From assembly GCA_030704615.1 (NCBI GenBank), contig CM060733.1, positions 71,734,001 to 71,798,000 on the forward strand: a DNA stretch of 64,000 nucleotides, in the 5' to 3' direction. The stretch is from Takakia lepidozioides (Eukaryota; Plantae; Bryophyta). Below, piece by piece: positions 51,900-64,000 of the stretch; positions within the stretch are counted from its first letter, which is position 1, and the number at the start of each line of letters is the position of its first letter. The notes beneath the pieces are model-generated. The model searched no databases and was not told the DNA's origin. It saw nothing but the letters and a program-made list of their open reading frames with translations. The position numbers and the translations under genes are program-made.

Positions 51900-52910
51900 A
51901 TAGTGGGGCTTAGGTTTGCCACGGGAGTACACTTTTCTAAACAGTTTGATGCGCTGGTATTTAATGACGCCTCCAATCTCAGTTCGAAGTTGGGCGCCAG
52001 TTATCCCAGGAGGTAAATATTCCCAATCATCTGCTAATAGTTCACCCACCTCGTCAATCAGACTTTGAGGTTGAAGATGGATGGGCACAGAACAGTCCAG
52101 CACACGTTGGCATTGCCCTCGCAGGGCTGCCAGCCAGTCAATCCGTGCATCCCCGCATGGGCCCTTTTTGCCACATGCAACTATGAATCTCTTTTGCCCA
52201 GCAGCCACATTTGCACAAGCCGTTTCCTTCAACCCTTTCCGTGCTACTCTCCTCGCCTTGCGCAAAAAATTGGCTCTGTCCTTGCCAGTCAAATGTTGCG
52301 CATCTGGAGTCATATTGGAATCACGGGCCTCCTCTCCTCCCTCACAACTTGCAACATGGGGCCCTGCAGGCGGACATGAACCCTGCCACGCACCAACGTG
52401 GGGTGTGGGGTGGACAGGAACATAACCTGTGCTCGGAGCTGGTGAGCTTGGGAATTGAAGAGGCCGCAAAGCGGTGCAATTGGGTGAAGCTGTGGGCTGC
52501 CTGGAATAAGGGCCATGCAGCGGCGCACTATACATGGGGCTTCTAGGATACGTTGCCTGGGGAGGATACGCAGGTGGGGGAGGGTTGGGGTGAGGGTACC
52601 ACACACCTTCGTGGTAGTGCCCATGTCGCGGCCCTTTGCCTTGAGGGCAGGGGGTCGGGACACATGAGGGGCTGCCCCTGTGGTGGGGGCAGCGGCAGCG
52701 ATAGGTATGGGGGGCTGAGGCACCCTTGAGTGCCCAAGGCACTCAGGGAAGCGGAGGTGCTCACTAGGTGGAGCCCCGCACACCAGGTTGCGGTGGGGGT
52801 GGCTCCACAAGGGGTGGTGGTAGCTTAGTGGGACTTAGTGGGGGTGGCATAGGACTCACCATGGGGGCGGAGACCTCGTGGTGGGAGTCGTGGGGAGTCT
52901 TGGGACTCAT
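51900..52910 (-). pseudogene. Pro-rich ORF with a probable CACTA TnpA N-terminal domain
   Basis: ORF 51756-52742: GPCGDARIDWLAALRGQCQRVLDCS..LADDWEY..KYQRIKL..GKPKP resembles the region preceding the Ptta motif (from recall); a similar Pro-rich minus-strand sequence resumes at 58716-59200. Confidence 0.45.
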
Positions 52911-53404
52911 CACGGTCCATAGGGGCCGTGGTGAGCGGGCCAAGACTCACCGCGACTCACCACCGGGAATCGAGGGTCTTCGTGGTGGTTTGCCATAAAA
53001 TGGCATGGCTGGTTGTGAAACCCCCGCGGACAGCTACAGAAGTATATATAGGGAGTAGTAACCCCGAGAACGGTGCAAGCCCGTTGGTGACCAAAAACTA
53101 GTGAGTAAGCGAGCGAGCCGGAAAGCGACCAAAGAGTGGGGAGCTGTTCCGGACTGCCATCTACCAAAGGGAATTCTCCTAGTCCCAATTAGGTGGAGGG
53201 TTTTAGAGGGAAGCGAAAGGGGACCGTTATGTCCCGGTGAGCAACCGAAGCTCCAAGTTGGCCCGGCGGCCAGGTTGGGAGTCAGGCGCGCGCATCAAAG
53301 CGAGTAACTATGACTTGAAGGGGAGTTTACCGAATTGAGGTGCGCGACACTTGGTATCAGAGCTTAGAGTTCAGTACGCGATCGTCCTTGGGATTGGCCT
53401 CATC

Positions 53405-54619
53405 ATGGGGTCGGGCAAGCCGAAGCGAAAGCGGAACGGCCCAAAAGATGATGATCCCGGTGAGCCCGATGGGGGCGGCGTGTCACCGAGGCGGCCGTTT
53501 GAGGAAGCGATGCATGTTTCCGAAAATGAGGCCGCCCAAGAGCGGGAGGAATCCGAGGAGTCGGAGCCCGAGGAATCCTTGAGAGCTCCGACAAACCAAG
53601 AGATGTCTCCCATGCCGGCAGCCTTTTGGGAAGGGTTGTTGGTGCAGTTTGGCGGGACGTTGAAAGACGTGTTGAAGGCGGCTAATGCCACTTCCACTAA
53701 GGCAAAGTTTAAGGTGAAGCCTAAGGAACCCGGCACCTTCGAGGGCGTCCGAAATCGGAAGGCACTCAACACCTGGCTCTTGGAGCTGGAGCTGGAGCAG
53801 TACTTCCGGGCGGCCAAGTTGAGTGACGAGGATCGCGTGGAAGTGGCTCCCACCTATTTGAGGGGCTATGCTCAACAATGGTGGCAGAAACGCCTTCACA
53901 ACCGAGGTCCAAGTCCGGAAACCTTGAACTGGAGTGGGTTCAAGGAATTGTTGAAGAGACAGTTTGTGCCCCTCAACGCGTCCTGGCTTGCCCGGGACAA
54001 GATGAGGAATTTGAAGCAAACAGATGACATTCGGGGGTACGTCCAGGCTTTCAATGTGCTGTTGCTCGAAGTCGCGGACATGGCAGAACCAGAAATGGTC
54101 TTCAACTTTGTGGCGGGACTGGCCCCATGGGCCAGGCGGAAGTTGGAGGAGAAGCCACCCAAGACTTTGAACGAGGCAATTGAGAGGGTTGAATGTTTCT
54201 CGGATGTCCCTAGGGGTGAAAGACAAGGCCGTACGGAGCTGAACCACAAGAAGATTCGGCGGGAAGGTGACTCCTTCCGACCGGAAAAGAAGTGGGATAG
54301 GCCACGCGGCGATAATGGCACGTGGAAATCGAAGGGAGGGCCTTCACACGTCAAGGCGGCACCCGGTGCTCCGAAAGGAAAAGCGGGTGGAGCGGCTTAT
54401 GGCAGACAGAAGGCGACCTTTGATGGAGTGTGTTTCAATTGCGGGGAGCCCGGGCACATGGCCAAGAAGTGCACGAAGCCCCGGCAATTGAACATGACTC
54501 GGGCGACCACGGAGCTGTCGGAAGATACCATCAGTCGCTTGGTGGAAGCGGTGGTCGCCAGGACTTGCAAGGTAGGCAAATTTTCTTGTGAGTTGTATCA
54601 GGAAACTGGCGCCTTATGA
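53405..54619 (+). CDS. gag: Gag (capsid + CCHC knuckle)
   Basis: KPKEPGTFEGVR..EQYFRAA, YLRGYAQQWW, LKQTDDIRGYV, CFNCGEPGHMAKKC; first ATG at 53405. Confidence 0.9.
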   Translation: MGSGKPKRKRNGPKDDDPGEPDGGGVSPRRPFEEAMHVSENEAAQEREESEESEPEESLRAPTNQEMSPMPAAFWEGLLVQFGGTLKDVLKAANATSTKAKFKVKPKEPGTFEGVRNRKALNTWLLELELEQYFRAAKLSDEDRVEVAPTYLRGYAQQWWQKRLHNRGPSPETLNWSGFKELLKRQFVPLNASWLARDKMRNLKQTDDIRGYVQAFNVLLLEVADMAEPEMVFNFVAGLAPWARRKLEEKPPKTLNEAIERVECFSDVPRGERQGRTELNHKKIRREGDSFRPEKKWDRPRGDNGTWKSKGGPSHVKAAPGAPKGKAGGAAYGRQKATFDGVCFNCGEPGHMAKKCTKPRQLNMTRATTELSEDTISRLVEAVVARTCKVGKFSCELYQETGAL

Positions 54620-57600
54620 AAAGGGAGTCAGTTATTGTTCGTGGATTGGATAATATCTGGAACTAATGTGTCGTTGTTGGTGGACACAGGAGCGTCACAC
54701 TCCTTCATGACACCGGCAACGGCACAAAAGCTGGGACTCCCGACAAGTGACGTGGGGGCCTCTATTGAGGTGCGTTCTGCCAAAGGAGAACCACAGTTGG
54801 CGACAAGGTTGGCGATTGATGTTCCTCTTCAACTGGGGAGTTGGGAGGGACGTGAGAACTTCACCATCTGCGAGATCGATGGAGTCGATCTCATTTTAGG
54901 GATGACCTTTTTGAGCAAATCCGGAGCGGTCATAGATGGCCGCAAGAGAGTAGTCACGCTGCCATGTGGGAATGGTGGCGAGGTCTTACGAGTGTCGGAA
55001 ATGCCGAAATCCGTGGGAGGGCGAATAAACCTTCTGTCAGCAAGGGAGTGGGCCGTGGAGGAGGCACACAAACCCCAGTTCTTGCTTTACATTAGAGAAG
55101 TGAAGGGAGAAGGCGATGGGGAGCCGAGCCCAGATTGGATCAAGGGGATTTTGGAGAAATACCAGGATGTGATGCCGGAGGATTTACCAAGCGGCTTGCC
55201 ACCGCGAAGAGGAGTTGACCACAAGATTGAGGTGATACCGGGATCGGAACCGCCTGCCAAGGCGCCCTACCGGTTGAGCCACAGAGAGTTGGTCGAGCTG
55301 AAGACTCAGCTCAAGGATCTAATGTCAAAGGGGTACATCCGGCCGAGTAAGTCACCTTACGGAGCCCCAGTGCTATTTGCAGACAAGAAGGATGGGACGC
55401 TGCGGATGTGTGTCGATTACAGGGCTCTGAATAAGGTGACTATCAAAAACCGGTACCCTTTGCCAAGGATCGACGACCTCTTCGATCGGTTGGCAGGAGC
55501 GAAGTATTTCAGCCGGATCGACTTGCGCTCCGGCTATCACCAAATTCGGGTGGCGGAAGGAGATGAAAAGAAGACCGCGTGCAGGACAAGGTATGGTTCA
55601 TATGAGTTCTTGGTGATGCCTTTTGGGCTCACCAATGCACCAGCGACATTTAGCACGCTGATGAACAGCCTTTTCCAGGAGTGGTTGGATGACTTTGTGA
55701 TCGTGTACATCGACGACATCTTGGTGTACTTGAAAACAAAGGAGGAGCACCTGGAGCACCTCAAAAGGGTGTTCCAAAAATTGCGAGAAGGGAAGCTGTA
55801 TGCCAAAGCTTCAAAGTGCGAATTCGGGGTCACAAAAGTGGAGTTCTTGGGGCATGTGATTACACAGGATGGGATCAAAATGGATGACAGAAAGGTGAGG
55901 GCGATCTTGGACTGGGAGCCTCCGACTTCGGTCCCGGGAGTGCGATCCTTCCTAGGACTCGCCTCCTATTACCGGAAGTATGTGAGAAATTTCGCCAAGA
56001 TCGCGGGGCCGCTGTCGGACCTTCTGTGTAAATCCAAAGTCTGGGTATGGAACACATTTTGTGGCCAAGCTTTTGCTGAATTGAAGCAGCGGATGACGGA
56101 AGCTCCAGTCTTGAAAATCCCGGAGTTCGATCGTCCGTTTGAGATTCATACAGATGCATCGGACTTCGCGATTGGGGGTGTACTTATGCAAGATGGACGT
56201 CCAGTGGCTTACAAAAGTAAGAAACTGAATGAAGTGGAGCGACGGTGGCCGACGCACGAAAAAGAGATGAAGGCGGTGGTGCATTGCCTTGAGCTCTGGC
56301 GCCACTATGTTGGTTCCAGCCCAGTGAAGGTGTTCACGGACAATGTCACGGTGAAGTATTTTGCCACGCAGCCCAAGTTGTCCCCAAAACAACTTAGGTG
56401 GCAAGATACTTTGGCAGTGTTCGACGTGGATATCCAGTACAAACCGGGACGGGACAATGTGGTGGCCGATGCTTTAAGTAGAAAGCAGCAGCTCTTGTTG
56501 GTGTACAAGGGCGAGACGGCACTCCAAAGGAAGATCCGGAAGGCTTGCCGGAAGGATGAGCTGGCGAAGTCCGTGATGCAGGACTTGAGGATGGGGGTTA
56601 AATCACAGTTCCACTTGCAAAATGGACTACTCCGGTATAAGCAAAAGCGTCTCTACGTGCCGAAGGGAGGGATCAGGGATAGTCTCTTGAGAAAATGCCA
56701 TGATAGCCCGCTTGCGGGCCACGGTGGAGCCAAGCGCACTGCGACACTCTTGAAGAAAGAGTATTTCTGGCCCAAACTGAGGGAGGAGGCAGAGGAGTAT
56801 GTCAAGACATGCACCACATGCCAACAAAACCGGAGCGAGTACAAAAAGCAAGTGGGGCTGTTACAACCCTTGCCGATTCCAGAGGGGACTTGGGAAAGCG
56901 TCTCGATGGATTTCATGACTGCTATGCCGCTGTCAAAAGGATTCGATGCAATCATGGTGGTGGTAGATAGGTTCAGTAAAATGGGCCATTTCATCCCCAC
57001 CAAGGAGACGGCAACGGCGCAGGAGACAGGGCGACTTTACTTCGCCCACGTCTTAAAGCATCATGGAGTCCCGAAGGATATTGTCTCGGACCGCGATCCA
57101 AAGTTAACGAGTAAATTCTGGAGAGCACTTTGGAAGAAGATGGGGACGAGGCTGAAGATGAGCACCGCCTTCCGACCTACGACGGATGGCCAAATGGAAA
57201 GAGTGAATTCCGTAGTGAAGCAATTCTTGCGGAATTACGTGTCGGCAGACCAATCAGACTGGATGGAACACTTAGACGCGACAGAGTTCTGTTATAATAA
57301 CACAGAACACTCCGCAACGGGAGTTTCCCCTTTTGTGTTGGTCTATGGAAAAGCACCTCTGGTGCCGACAAGTTGGGCCGCCCATGACGTTGAGGAACCG
57401 GCAGTAGCGGCGCTACTGGAAGAACGCGAGCGTTTGTTGAAGCTCGCAAAGTACAATATTGCCAAAGCTAGGAAACGGTATGAAAGGCAGGCGAATCGGA
57501 AGCGGAGGGAAGTGAAGTTTGAGGCAGGCACAGAGGTCTGGTTGAACATCAAGAATTTCCGACTACCTCCGGAAGTGAGTCCGAAGTTCGTGCCTCCGTA

Positions 57601-57973
57601 TGCGGGACCCTTTCGCATTCGGAAGGTTATGAATGAGGATGTGTATGAATTGGAGCTGCCGGCAAACAGCAAGGTGCACCCAGTATTCCATGTCTCCCTT
57701 TTGAAGCCTTACTTCAAAGATGAAGCGCGTCCGAATCGGCATCAAGTGTTGCGTCCACCACCTACGCTGTTGGTTCATGAAAATGAACCTGAGTACGAGG
57801 TGGAGGCAATACTTAAGTCGAGGAGGTTCAGGAACCGAGAAACGGAGTATCTCGTCAAATGGAAGGGCTATCATCATGTGGAGGCATCTTGGGTGCGTGC
57901 CTCAGAAATGGGAAACGCATCCGAGGCGGTTGCAGCTTTCGAAGGGCGACCTCAAAAGCGGAAGAAGCGTTGA
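54620..57973 (+). CDS. pol: Pol: protease, RT, RNase H, integrase, chromodomain; same frame as gag
   Basis: [33 protein letters not shown]..Cxx[32 protein letters not shown]. Confidence 0.95.
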   Translation, partial: KGSQLLFVDWIISGTNVSLLVDTGASHSFMTPATAQKLGLPTSDVGASIEVRSAKGEPQLATRLAIDVPLQLGSWEGRENFTICEIDGVDLILGMTFLSKSGAVIDGRKRVVTLPCGNGGEVLRVSEMPKSVGGRINLLSAREWAVEEAHKPQFLLYIREVKGEGDGEPSPDWIKGILEKYQDVMPEDLPSGLPPRRGVDHKIEVIPGSEPPAKAPYRLSHRELVELKTQLKDLMSKGYIRPSKSPYGAPVLFADKKDGTLRMCVDYRALNKVTIKNRYPLPRIDDLFDRLAGAKYFSRIDLRSGYHQIRVAEGDEKKTACRTRYGSYEFLVMPFGLTNAPATFSTLMNSLFQEWLDDFVIVYIDDILVYLKTKEEHLEHLKRVFQKLREGKLYAKASKCEFGVTKVEFLGHVITQDGIKMDDRKVRAILDWEPPTSVPGVRSFLGLASYYRKYVRNFAKIAGPLSDLLCKSKVWVWNTFCGQAFAELKQRMTEAPVLKIPEFDRPFEIHTDASDFAIGGVLMQDGRPVAYKSKKLNEVERRWPTHEKEMKAVVHCLELWRHYVGSSPVKVFTDNVTVKYFATQPKLSPKQLRWQDTLAVFDVDIQYKPGRDNVVADALSRKQQLLLVYKGETALQRKIRKACRKDELAKSVMQDLRMGVKSQFHLQNGLLRYKQKRLYVPKGGIRDSLLRKCHDSPLAGHGGAKRTATLLKKEYFWPKLREEAEEYVKTCTTCQQNRSEYKKQVGLLQPLPIPEGTWESVSMDFMTAMPLSKGFDAIMVVVDRFSKMGHFIPTKETATAQETGRLYFAHVLKHHGVPKDIVSDRDPKLTSKFWRALWKKMGTRLKMSTAFRPTTDGQMERVNSVVKQFLRNYVSADQSDWMEHLDATEFCYNNTEHSATGVSPFVLVYGKAPLVPTSWAAHDVEEPAVAALLEERERLLKLAKYNIAKARKRYERQANRKRREVKFEAGTEVWLNIKNFRLPPEVSPKFVPPYAGPFRIRKVMNEDVYELELPANSKVHPVFHVSLLKPYFKDEARPNRHQVLRPPPTLLVHENEPEYEVEAILKSRRFRNRETEYLVKWKGYHHVEASWVRASEMGNASEAVAAFEGRPQKRKKR

Positions 57974-59583
57974 TGGGGACATCAACCTTGGAGCGTGGGG
58001 GAGGAAATGCATGCTTAGCCCGGTTTAGCTAGCTCAGGAATCCGATTGCAAAAACTTGTATTGTACAAAAATTTGTTATAAAGGAAATGGGTTCCAAATA
58101 TTGTGCGTCCTATTGTGTTTGGAATGGTAATGCATGGTGTGGTTGGCTAGTGTGTAGAATGCATGCTAGCTTACAAAAGTGGGAGAGGTAAATTGGGTAA
58201 TCGTGTGTTTGCGCAGTGGCGAAATCGGGTGACTCCCATCCAAGGGGCAAGGAAACTTGCGCCTTCTTTGGGAGTTCACGTGCTAGTGCGCACCTGGCGC
58301 GTGCGCGTACTATAACTGCACTACCGAGGGGGTTGCCTTGTAGTGCGGGCTAACGCGGAAGCTACGTGCTTCCGTTCACGTACTATAATCGTGTAGCCTT
58401 GGGACGAAGTCGTAGTGCGGCTTCGGCGTGTTCCCGCACCTCAGGCCAACATTCCAAGACGGACCCAATTGTAGTGATTGGGGCGCACGGTTGGTTCAAG
58501 GTTATCTTCCTAGTCAAAGAGGGTTCCAGGTGAACCCTTGCTCAAGGTGATGCCAAAAGCGGCATCATGAGCAATCGCAAGCAATGTTGTTGCAGTAAGG
58601 CGATTCGATCCTCGGGGAGGATCGTTCCTTGGCCTTGAAGTAGGCCAAGAAGAGTGCACTGGGAGGAGCTGGAGAGGCTCCACCCTTGGCCGGGACTTGG
58701 AGGAAGTCGGCCGAACTAGCTAGTGGAGAGTAGAGTCAAGTGTGGGGTTTGGTTCTTTGCCATGGGACGCCATGGTACGGAAACAAACTCCTTGATGTGG
58801 GACGCCACAACTTGGATGTTCGTTTCTACAAAATGGACAAGTCGATGAGGACATCGACTCCCTGTTGGTAGGGGTGTGTGTCGCGGCCCTTTACTGAACA
58901 GGAGCATGTTGTGCTTCCCCAGTTTGCGGAAATGCCCCACACGGAACTGCAGGACTACTTGGACCTGCACATGACCGGTTCTCCCCTGACAGGCTGTTTG
59001 CATTGTAGGACTGAGAAAAGGGCGGGTGAATTTCAGGGGCGGCTGGAACATGAGCAGTCTGTTGTTGATACTATGCATACCTCTGAATGCCAGGGGGATA
59101 AAACACACCAGTGTTAGGTGGAAAGGAGGGAGGGCCTCTTCCATTCGGGGTTGGTTGAAGACGTGGGGAGGGATGGTTGAAGACACCTGCCGGAGCAACT
59201 CCCTTCTTCTTTCTCACTGCATCCTGCAAATCAACATGTGGGAAAGAGTTATGTAGGAAGACAAAGCATGAACATCATGTAGGATACATCAACAACAAAC
59301 GCGCTCTATAATATACATACACTGAATGCAGCAGAAATCGCACCCAAAATGCATTTACGTCTGATCCATTGAACACGCCAAACGTCACTGGGGAAGTCCT
59401 CCTTGTATGTTTCGACCCTCTTTGGGGGTTCTTTGGGGAATCCCTTGTAGGCACAATCTGGCCCCGATGACCATCGTACATATCAATGAGAGTACAATAT
59501 GATAATGGCTGATAATGGCTTCACATATTATCAACATATGACAATAGAGGGGGCAGGAAGATGGGGGAGGAAGAGTCGTGAGC

Positions 59584-62500
59584 GAACCCTGGACAGTGTA
59601 TCAGAAAATGAATACTGTCTTCAGATTGCCCACACAACGGGCAATTGCACTCTCCCTTTCCTCTCTGCTTATGTTTGTTGTTCAAAGGTAGGCTTCCTGC
59701 CCTGAGTTTAAATGTCAGTCTAGTGCCGAGAGTGGGTAGACCCTTGAGGTCATCCAAGATGTCCTCCCCCATGTCACAGACTGGAAACAAGTTCAGGGAA
59801 GTTTTCTGCCTAACTTCATTTTCATCAGACAATCTCATGGCAACAGACATGGCTGAGGACACTACAGCCTCTAAGTCAGATTTATCCAGTAGGGTCAAGA
59901 CTTGCGGATCCAGGTCCAGGTCCTTGAGGATCTCTTCTACTCTCTTCTGCCAGAACTTAGCCTGTTTGACAGGGCGGTCCTGTTTCCAAGATATAGAGTC
60001 GATTAACTTAGGATATCTGGTGTTGGGCATATGTTGCAGCTGACCCCACCATTTGACCTTGAATTCATCTCGTCGGGAGTTTAAGGACGGAATGCCAAAC
60101 TCACCCCGAACAGCCACATTGGCTGTTGTGGAGCATGCTGACATACACTCCTTAAGCACCCCCACTTGAATGGATTCTAGAGACTTAGCCTAGTTGGAGT
60201 TATCAACCCATATAGCAGATCCATACTCCAAGGCAGGTCTAATAACGCGACAAAGCATGGTTTTCTTAACCTCAGAGTTGACCCCTCTACAGTGGAAAAA
60301 TTTAGTGAGCCCCAGAGCTTTGCCCTTGCCAGTTTGAACAACTTTCCGGATATGTGCATCCCAATTACAATTGGAGGAGAACTCAACGCCCAGGTAAGTG
60401 TAGGAAGGGAGGACCGGGATCTCTTGGCTACCCCACTGCCACTTAAGATCACCTCCTCCCTCTCCTCTGTTGTTCAATGCTACCACTGCACATGTGCTGA
60501 CATTAGCCTCTAGCCCCCAAAGATCAAAGTATCTCTTCGCGCAATCAATCAACTCCTGGAGATTGGTTGGAGTCTCCCCTATGCCTGCGAAGTCATCCGC
60601 AAACATAAGGGCTGGTATGGTGGTATCACCCACCCTTAACCCAAATCCCTCACTTTCCACATCCTCGAGGAGTTGATTGATGAAAACATTGAAGAGCAGA
60701 GGGGAGAGAGTACATCCTTGAGCTACACCTTGGTCTATGTCAAAGAAGTTGGACTTCTGTCCGTTAACAGTGACACAGCTTTTGGTGTGAGCATACAAGT
60801 TGTGGACAACTCTCCACATCTTTCCCTTGATCCCACAAGACCAGAGGCGGAACCATAGGCCATTTCTCCACACTGTGTCATAAGCCTTTTTGACATCCAG
60901 GAAAAAAACATAAGTGGGTTTCCCTTTTTTTTTCCTTCCCTGGATAATTTGGCTTAGAGTGAAGATATGATCCACACAGCCCCTGTTTCGCCGAAAGCCA
61001 GCTTGGCCTTTGTGGAACCAACCTCTAGACTCCAGATCAACCTCGAGACGAGTACTTATAACTCTGCAAAATGTCTTGCCAACAACATTGAGGAGCGTGA
61101 TGCCACGGTAGTTCCCCGGTTCTTCTCTGTCACCCTTCTTGTATAGATTGACAATGACCCCCTGTCGCTAGCGAAAGGGGATCATTTCAGTCTTCCAGAT
61201 AAGGTTAAAGAGGAGAACTAGGGCCTCTATCATGGGATCGCCACCGTGCTTGATAAGCTCGTTGACAATACCATCAGGTCCACCAGCTTTATATCCATTT
61301 AAATGTTCAATTGCTTCCACAATCTCAGAAGAACTAATGGGAGCATTATAAGCCATTGAAATATACTCCAGTTCATCAGGGCTGTTTTGAATCATAGGAA
61401 CAGTTTTTCCAACTGTGTCCCTCCATTCAGCAGAAGACCCCTCACTGTTAGACCTAGAAGTTCTGCCAAGGATATTGTAGTGAGTTTCAAAGGTTTTGAC
61501 AATGTCAACCGATGAAGTCACCACTGCACCTTTAGTAGTCTTCAGCGCTTGTACTTGCTGACCGTTTTTCGGCTTGTACAAACGTTGAAGGGCCAACCAG
61601 AATTTCTTGTCATTACCACCATGGTGGTTTGAGTTTATTTCACTGTATAACTTGTCCCAGTATAATTTCTTCTGAGACCTAACAAGCTGATTGATATCTT
61701 TACGGAGCTGGTAGTACCTCGCCCACAATTCTCTGTTGGTTTCCAAATTGCAGCACTCTTTATAGAGGGCTCGTCTCTCAGCTATCTTGAGTTTAATCTC
61801 ATTGGTCCACCAATTAACTGCTCTACCGCAGACAATTAGTTTCCTCCCAATGATCTTGTCAACCACGGAGGAAACGAAACTCTCCCAAGAGTCCACTGCT
61901 CTTTCGACTTCATTTCTTGCGTTAACAGAGCGTGACTGTTCTATGCGCCACTTCCAAATCGAACGTTTCACAGATCTCTTGGTGGTGGAAAAACACCTTT
62001 TGATCTCAGTCCAAACCAGGAAGTGGTCAGAGGTACCAATATCAGTTCTGTCGATCAACACATTGGCACACTGGGGGAACAAAATTTTGTCCATTATGAT
62101 ATAGTCCACAATGGAACGTTCCCCAGTTTGGGATTTCTCACGAGTCCACTGCACTTGGTCACCACTTGTCCTGTTATTCAAGGTCAAAAGCTGAAGCTCT
62201 TCTAGACAGTTAATTAACCGTCTGCCATTAGAATTCAGCTCGTCCTCACCAAAAGGTCCAATGATATCGTCTTGATGGATCCCTTTGCCCACCTGGGCAT
62301 TGAAGTCCCCCAATAGTACCACCTGACCTTTGGCAAGGAACGAAGCACAGTCCAGCTTTACATCTTCGAAGGCCTTGTCTGCGTCAGCACTAAGGGTCCC
62401 CTCTGTGGGCATGTAAACACAACCAACAAAGAGGTCCTTTGTACTCATGCCGCCCTTCAAATTTTGTTTTAGCCAGATACTATGCTCGTACCTCAAACCC

Positions 62501-63800
62501 TTGTTGATAATTTCACAATTGTCAAACAAGAAATCACGGACAAAGAATCCGACCCCTTTTTTACCGCGTTTGGCAGAGGCTGCCTTGAGAGTACACATCT
62601 TACCTGCCCATTTATAACCAATGACATCTCCAACCAGTTTATCCGACGTTTCCCATGTTTCTTGCCCAGCACAGATATGAATATCATTAGTCCGAAGAAC
62701 TTGTCCCACTTCAAGTTGTTTCCTTTGGTTGGTCAACCCTGAGAAGTTGAAAGTGGCCAGCCGCAAGCCAGCCCTTTGCGTGTGAATTGTTTGTCGTCTA
62801 GGTAGCTTGTGATTGCTCCTGGACGGCCAACCGTTCTACAAAGGGGGGACAGTTACCCATGTGTAGATTTTGCTCGTCTTGTGTAAACTTTGAGAATTGG
62901 TAAACCATTCAGGGTACCAAATCTTTCAGTTACACGACGCACAGGCTCCGCACACATAGGGGCAGATTGTCCGTCAAACTGCTTGGGGACAATTACCCCG
63001 TGTATAGATTTTGCTCGTCTTGTGTAGACTTTGAGGATTGGTAAACCATTTAGAGTACCAAATCCTTCAGTTACACGACGTTCAGGCTCTGCACACTTAG
63101 GGACAGACTGTCCATCTGACGGCTTGGGGACAATTATCCCGTGTATAGAATTGTTCGTCTTGTGTAAACCTTGAGGATTGGTAAGCCATTCAGAGTACCA
63201 AATCCTTCAGATTCAGGACGTTCAGGTTCCGTACACTTAGGGGCATCTTGTCTTTCTGGCTGTGTGGATTCAACCTCATCCAAAGCATCAAACCAATTAG
63301 AAACTCTCAAGTTGAAGTTGTTGCCCTTGGTTGTCTTCCTAGAGCGCCCCATTGAATCACCAATGTCTAAGACTGCTACCCAGCCAGTCAAGGGACGAAC
63401 TTCTTTGAGATTGAATTGATGCGGGACTCTATTAGAAGCACTTTTGGTCATTGCAACCTTCAACGTACCCATGTTATCAAGTCTCGAGATGGTACCATTA
63501 GCCATGAAATCCAAGCCTAAGCTAGAGCATGTAGTTTTAAAGGACACATCGTCCATCCTGGGATTCGCCCCAAAAACTACACATGAAGCCCTAGATTTGG
63601 CATAAGTAACCAATTCCCAGGGATCACCCTGAGGAGTGTTGATGTTGATAGGAGCTAGCCATAAGTTTAAGCACAGGAACCAACCCGAGCCCCAAGTGCT
63701 GAGTATGCTAGACAGAGCATACGACTGCCCAATTTGGGCAGAGGGGCTGCCCCCAAGCGGTAGGAGTCCGCTTGTTACCATTCAGAGATCACACTCCAGG
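59584..63800 (-). mobile_element. APE-RT LINE (RTEX/CR1-group-like); ORF2 62766-59584 in one frame with two premature stops; 3'-truncated
   Basis: APE (ATFNFSGL, GQETW, LGDFN, VDYII, SDH), RT (NYRGITLL, DVKKAYD, QGCTLSP, FADD, YLG), C-terminal CxxC..H..C; stops at 61168 and 60190; upstream ORF 63134-63781. Confidence 0.9.
62853..63235 (-). repeat. Three ~141-bp tandem units in the LINE 5' coding region
   Basis: Units start at ~62853, 62993 and 63134 and encode FGTLNGLPILKVYTRR. Confidence 0.9.
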
Positions 63801-64000
63801 GAGTTGCAGGGAATGGCCCGTGTAGGCATATTCTAAAGAGGGAAAGGCCCCAAGCTTTCCAACTAAATCCAATGCACTACCTTACCTGAAGCAAAGCGCT
63901 TCAGGTCGAAACAAACAAGGACACGAGGTCACAAGGCCGACATTTAGTCACAGAGAGATGGTAGCCAATGGGGAAACTCTGAAGAGGAGAGTAAAGCAGC

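Larger units (their letters stand above)
52915..58715 (+). mobile_element. Chromoviral Ty3/gypsy element (Galadriel-like), internal region nearly intact
   Basis: LTR end ..GCGCGACA at 53349, TATA at 53043, PBS TGGTATCAGAGC (tRNA-iMet) 53352-53363, gag-pol, PPT GGGGGAGGAAA 57997-58007; outer edges uncertain. Confidence 0.9.

Noticed and set aside
53371-57877. Many long antisense ORFs over gag-pol (also over the LINE, RopGEF and Tat gag)
   Set aside because: They are shadow ORFs of the real coding strands, with no independent motifs.

Overview
Eukaryotic, transposon-rich nuclear DNA, most likely from a non-seed land plant (bryophyte/lycophyte/fern-like; inferred from PLS-DYW PPR genes, RopGEF and the TE spectrum). 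Only one gene looks intact: a 7-coding-exon PRONE-domain RopGEF (minus, 30108-34383). The rest is a patchwork. It holds Tat/Ogre-like Ty3 elements (two LTR families with tRNA-Arg-type PBS and an extra ORF upstream of gag), a near-intact chromodomain Ty3 (Galadriel-like), an APE-RT LINE with several fragments, Dualen/RandI-like LINE pieces, a decayed P-superfamily-like transposase, CACTA TnpA pieces with one TIR, a tRNA-SINE, Helitron-like repeats and displaced exons of SOQ1 and SMARCAL1/CHR18. The most notable signal is a set of scrambled copies of a gene in which intron-split OSB/pTAC9-type PDF ssDNA-binding motifs (W..F.DP.QWWDN..K|.P..PDFKH..T...W...P.WV..QL) run directly into a PLS-PPR array, with DYW deaminase sequence downstream. 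This points to a putative PDF-PPR-DYW fusion family. All family calls rest on motif recognition by eye, with no database searches, and the edges of decayed elements are approximate.
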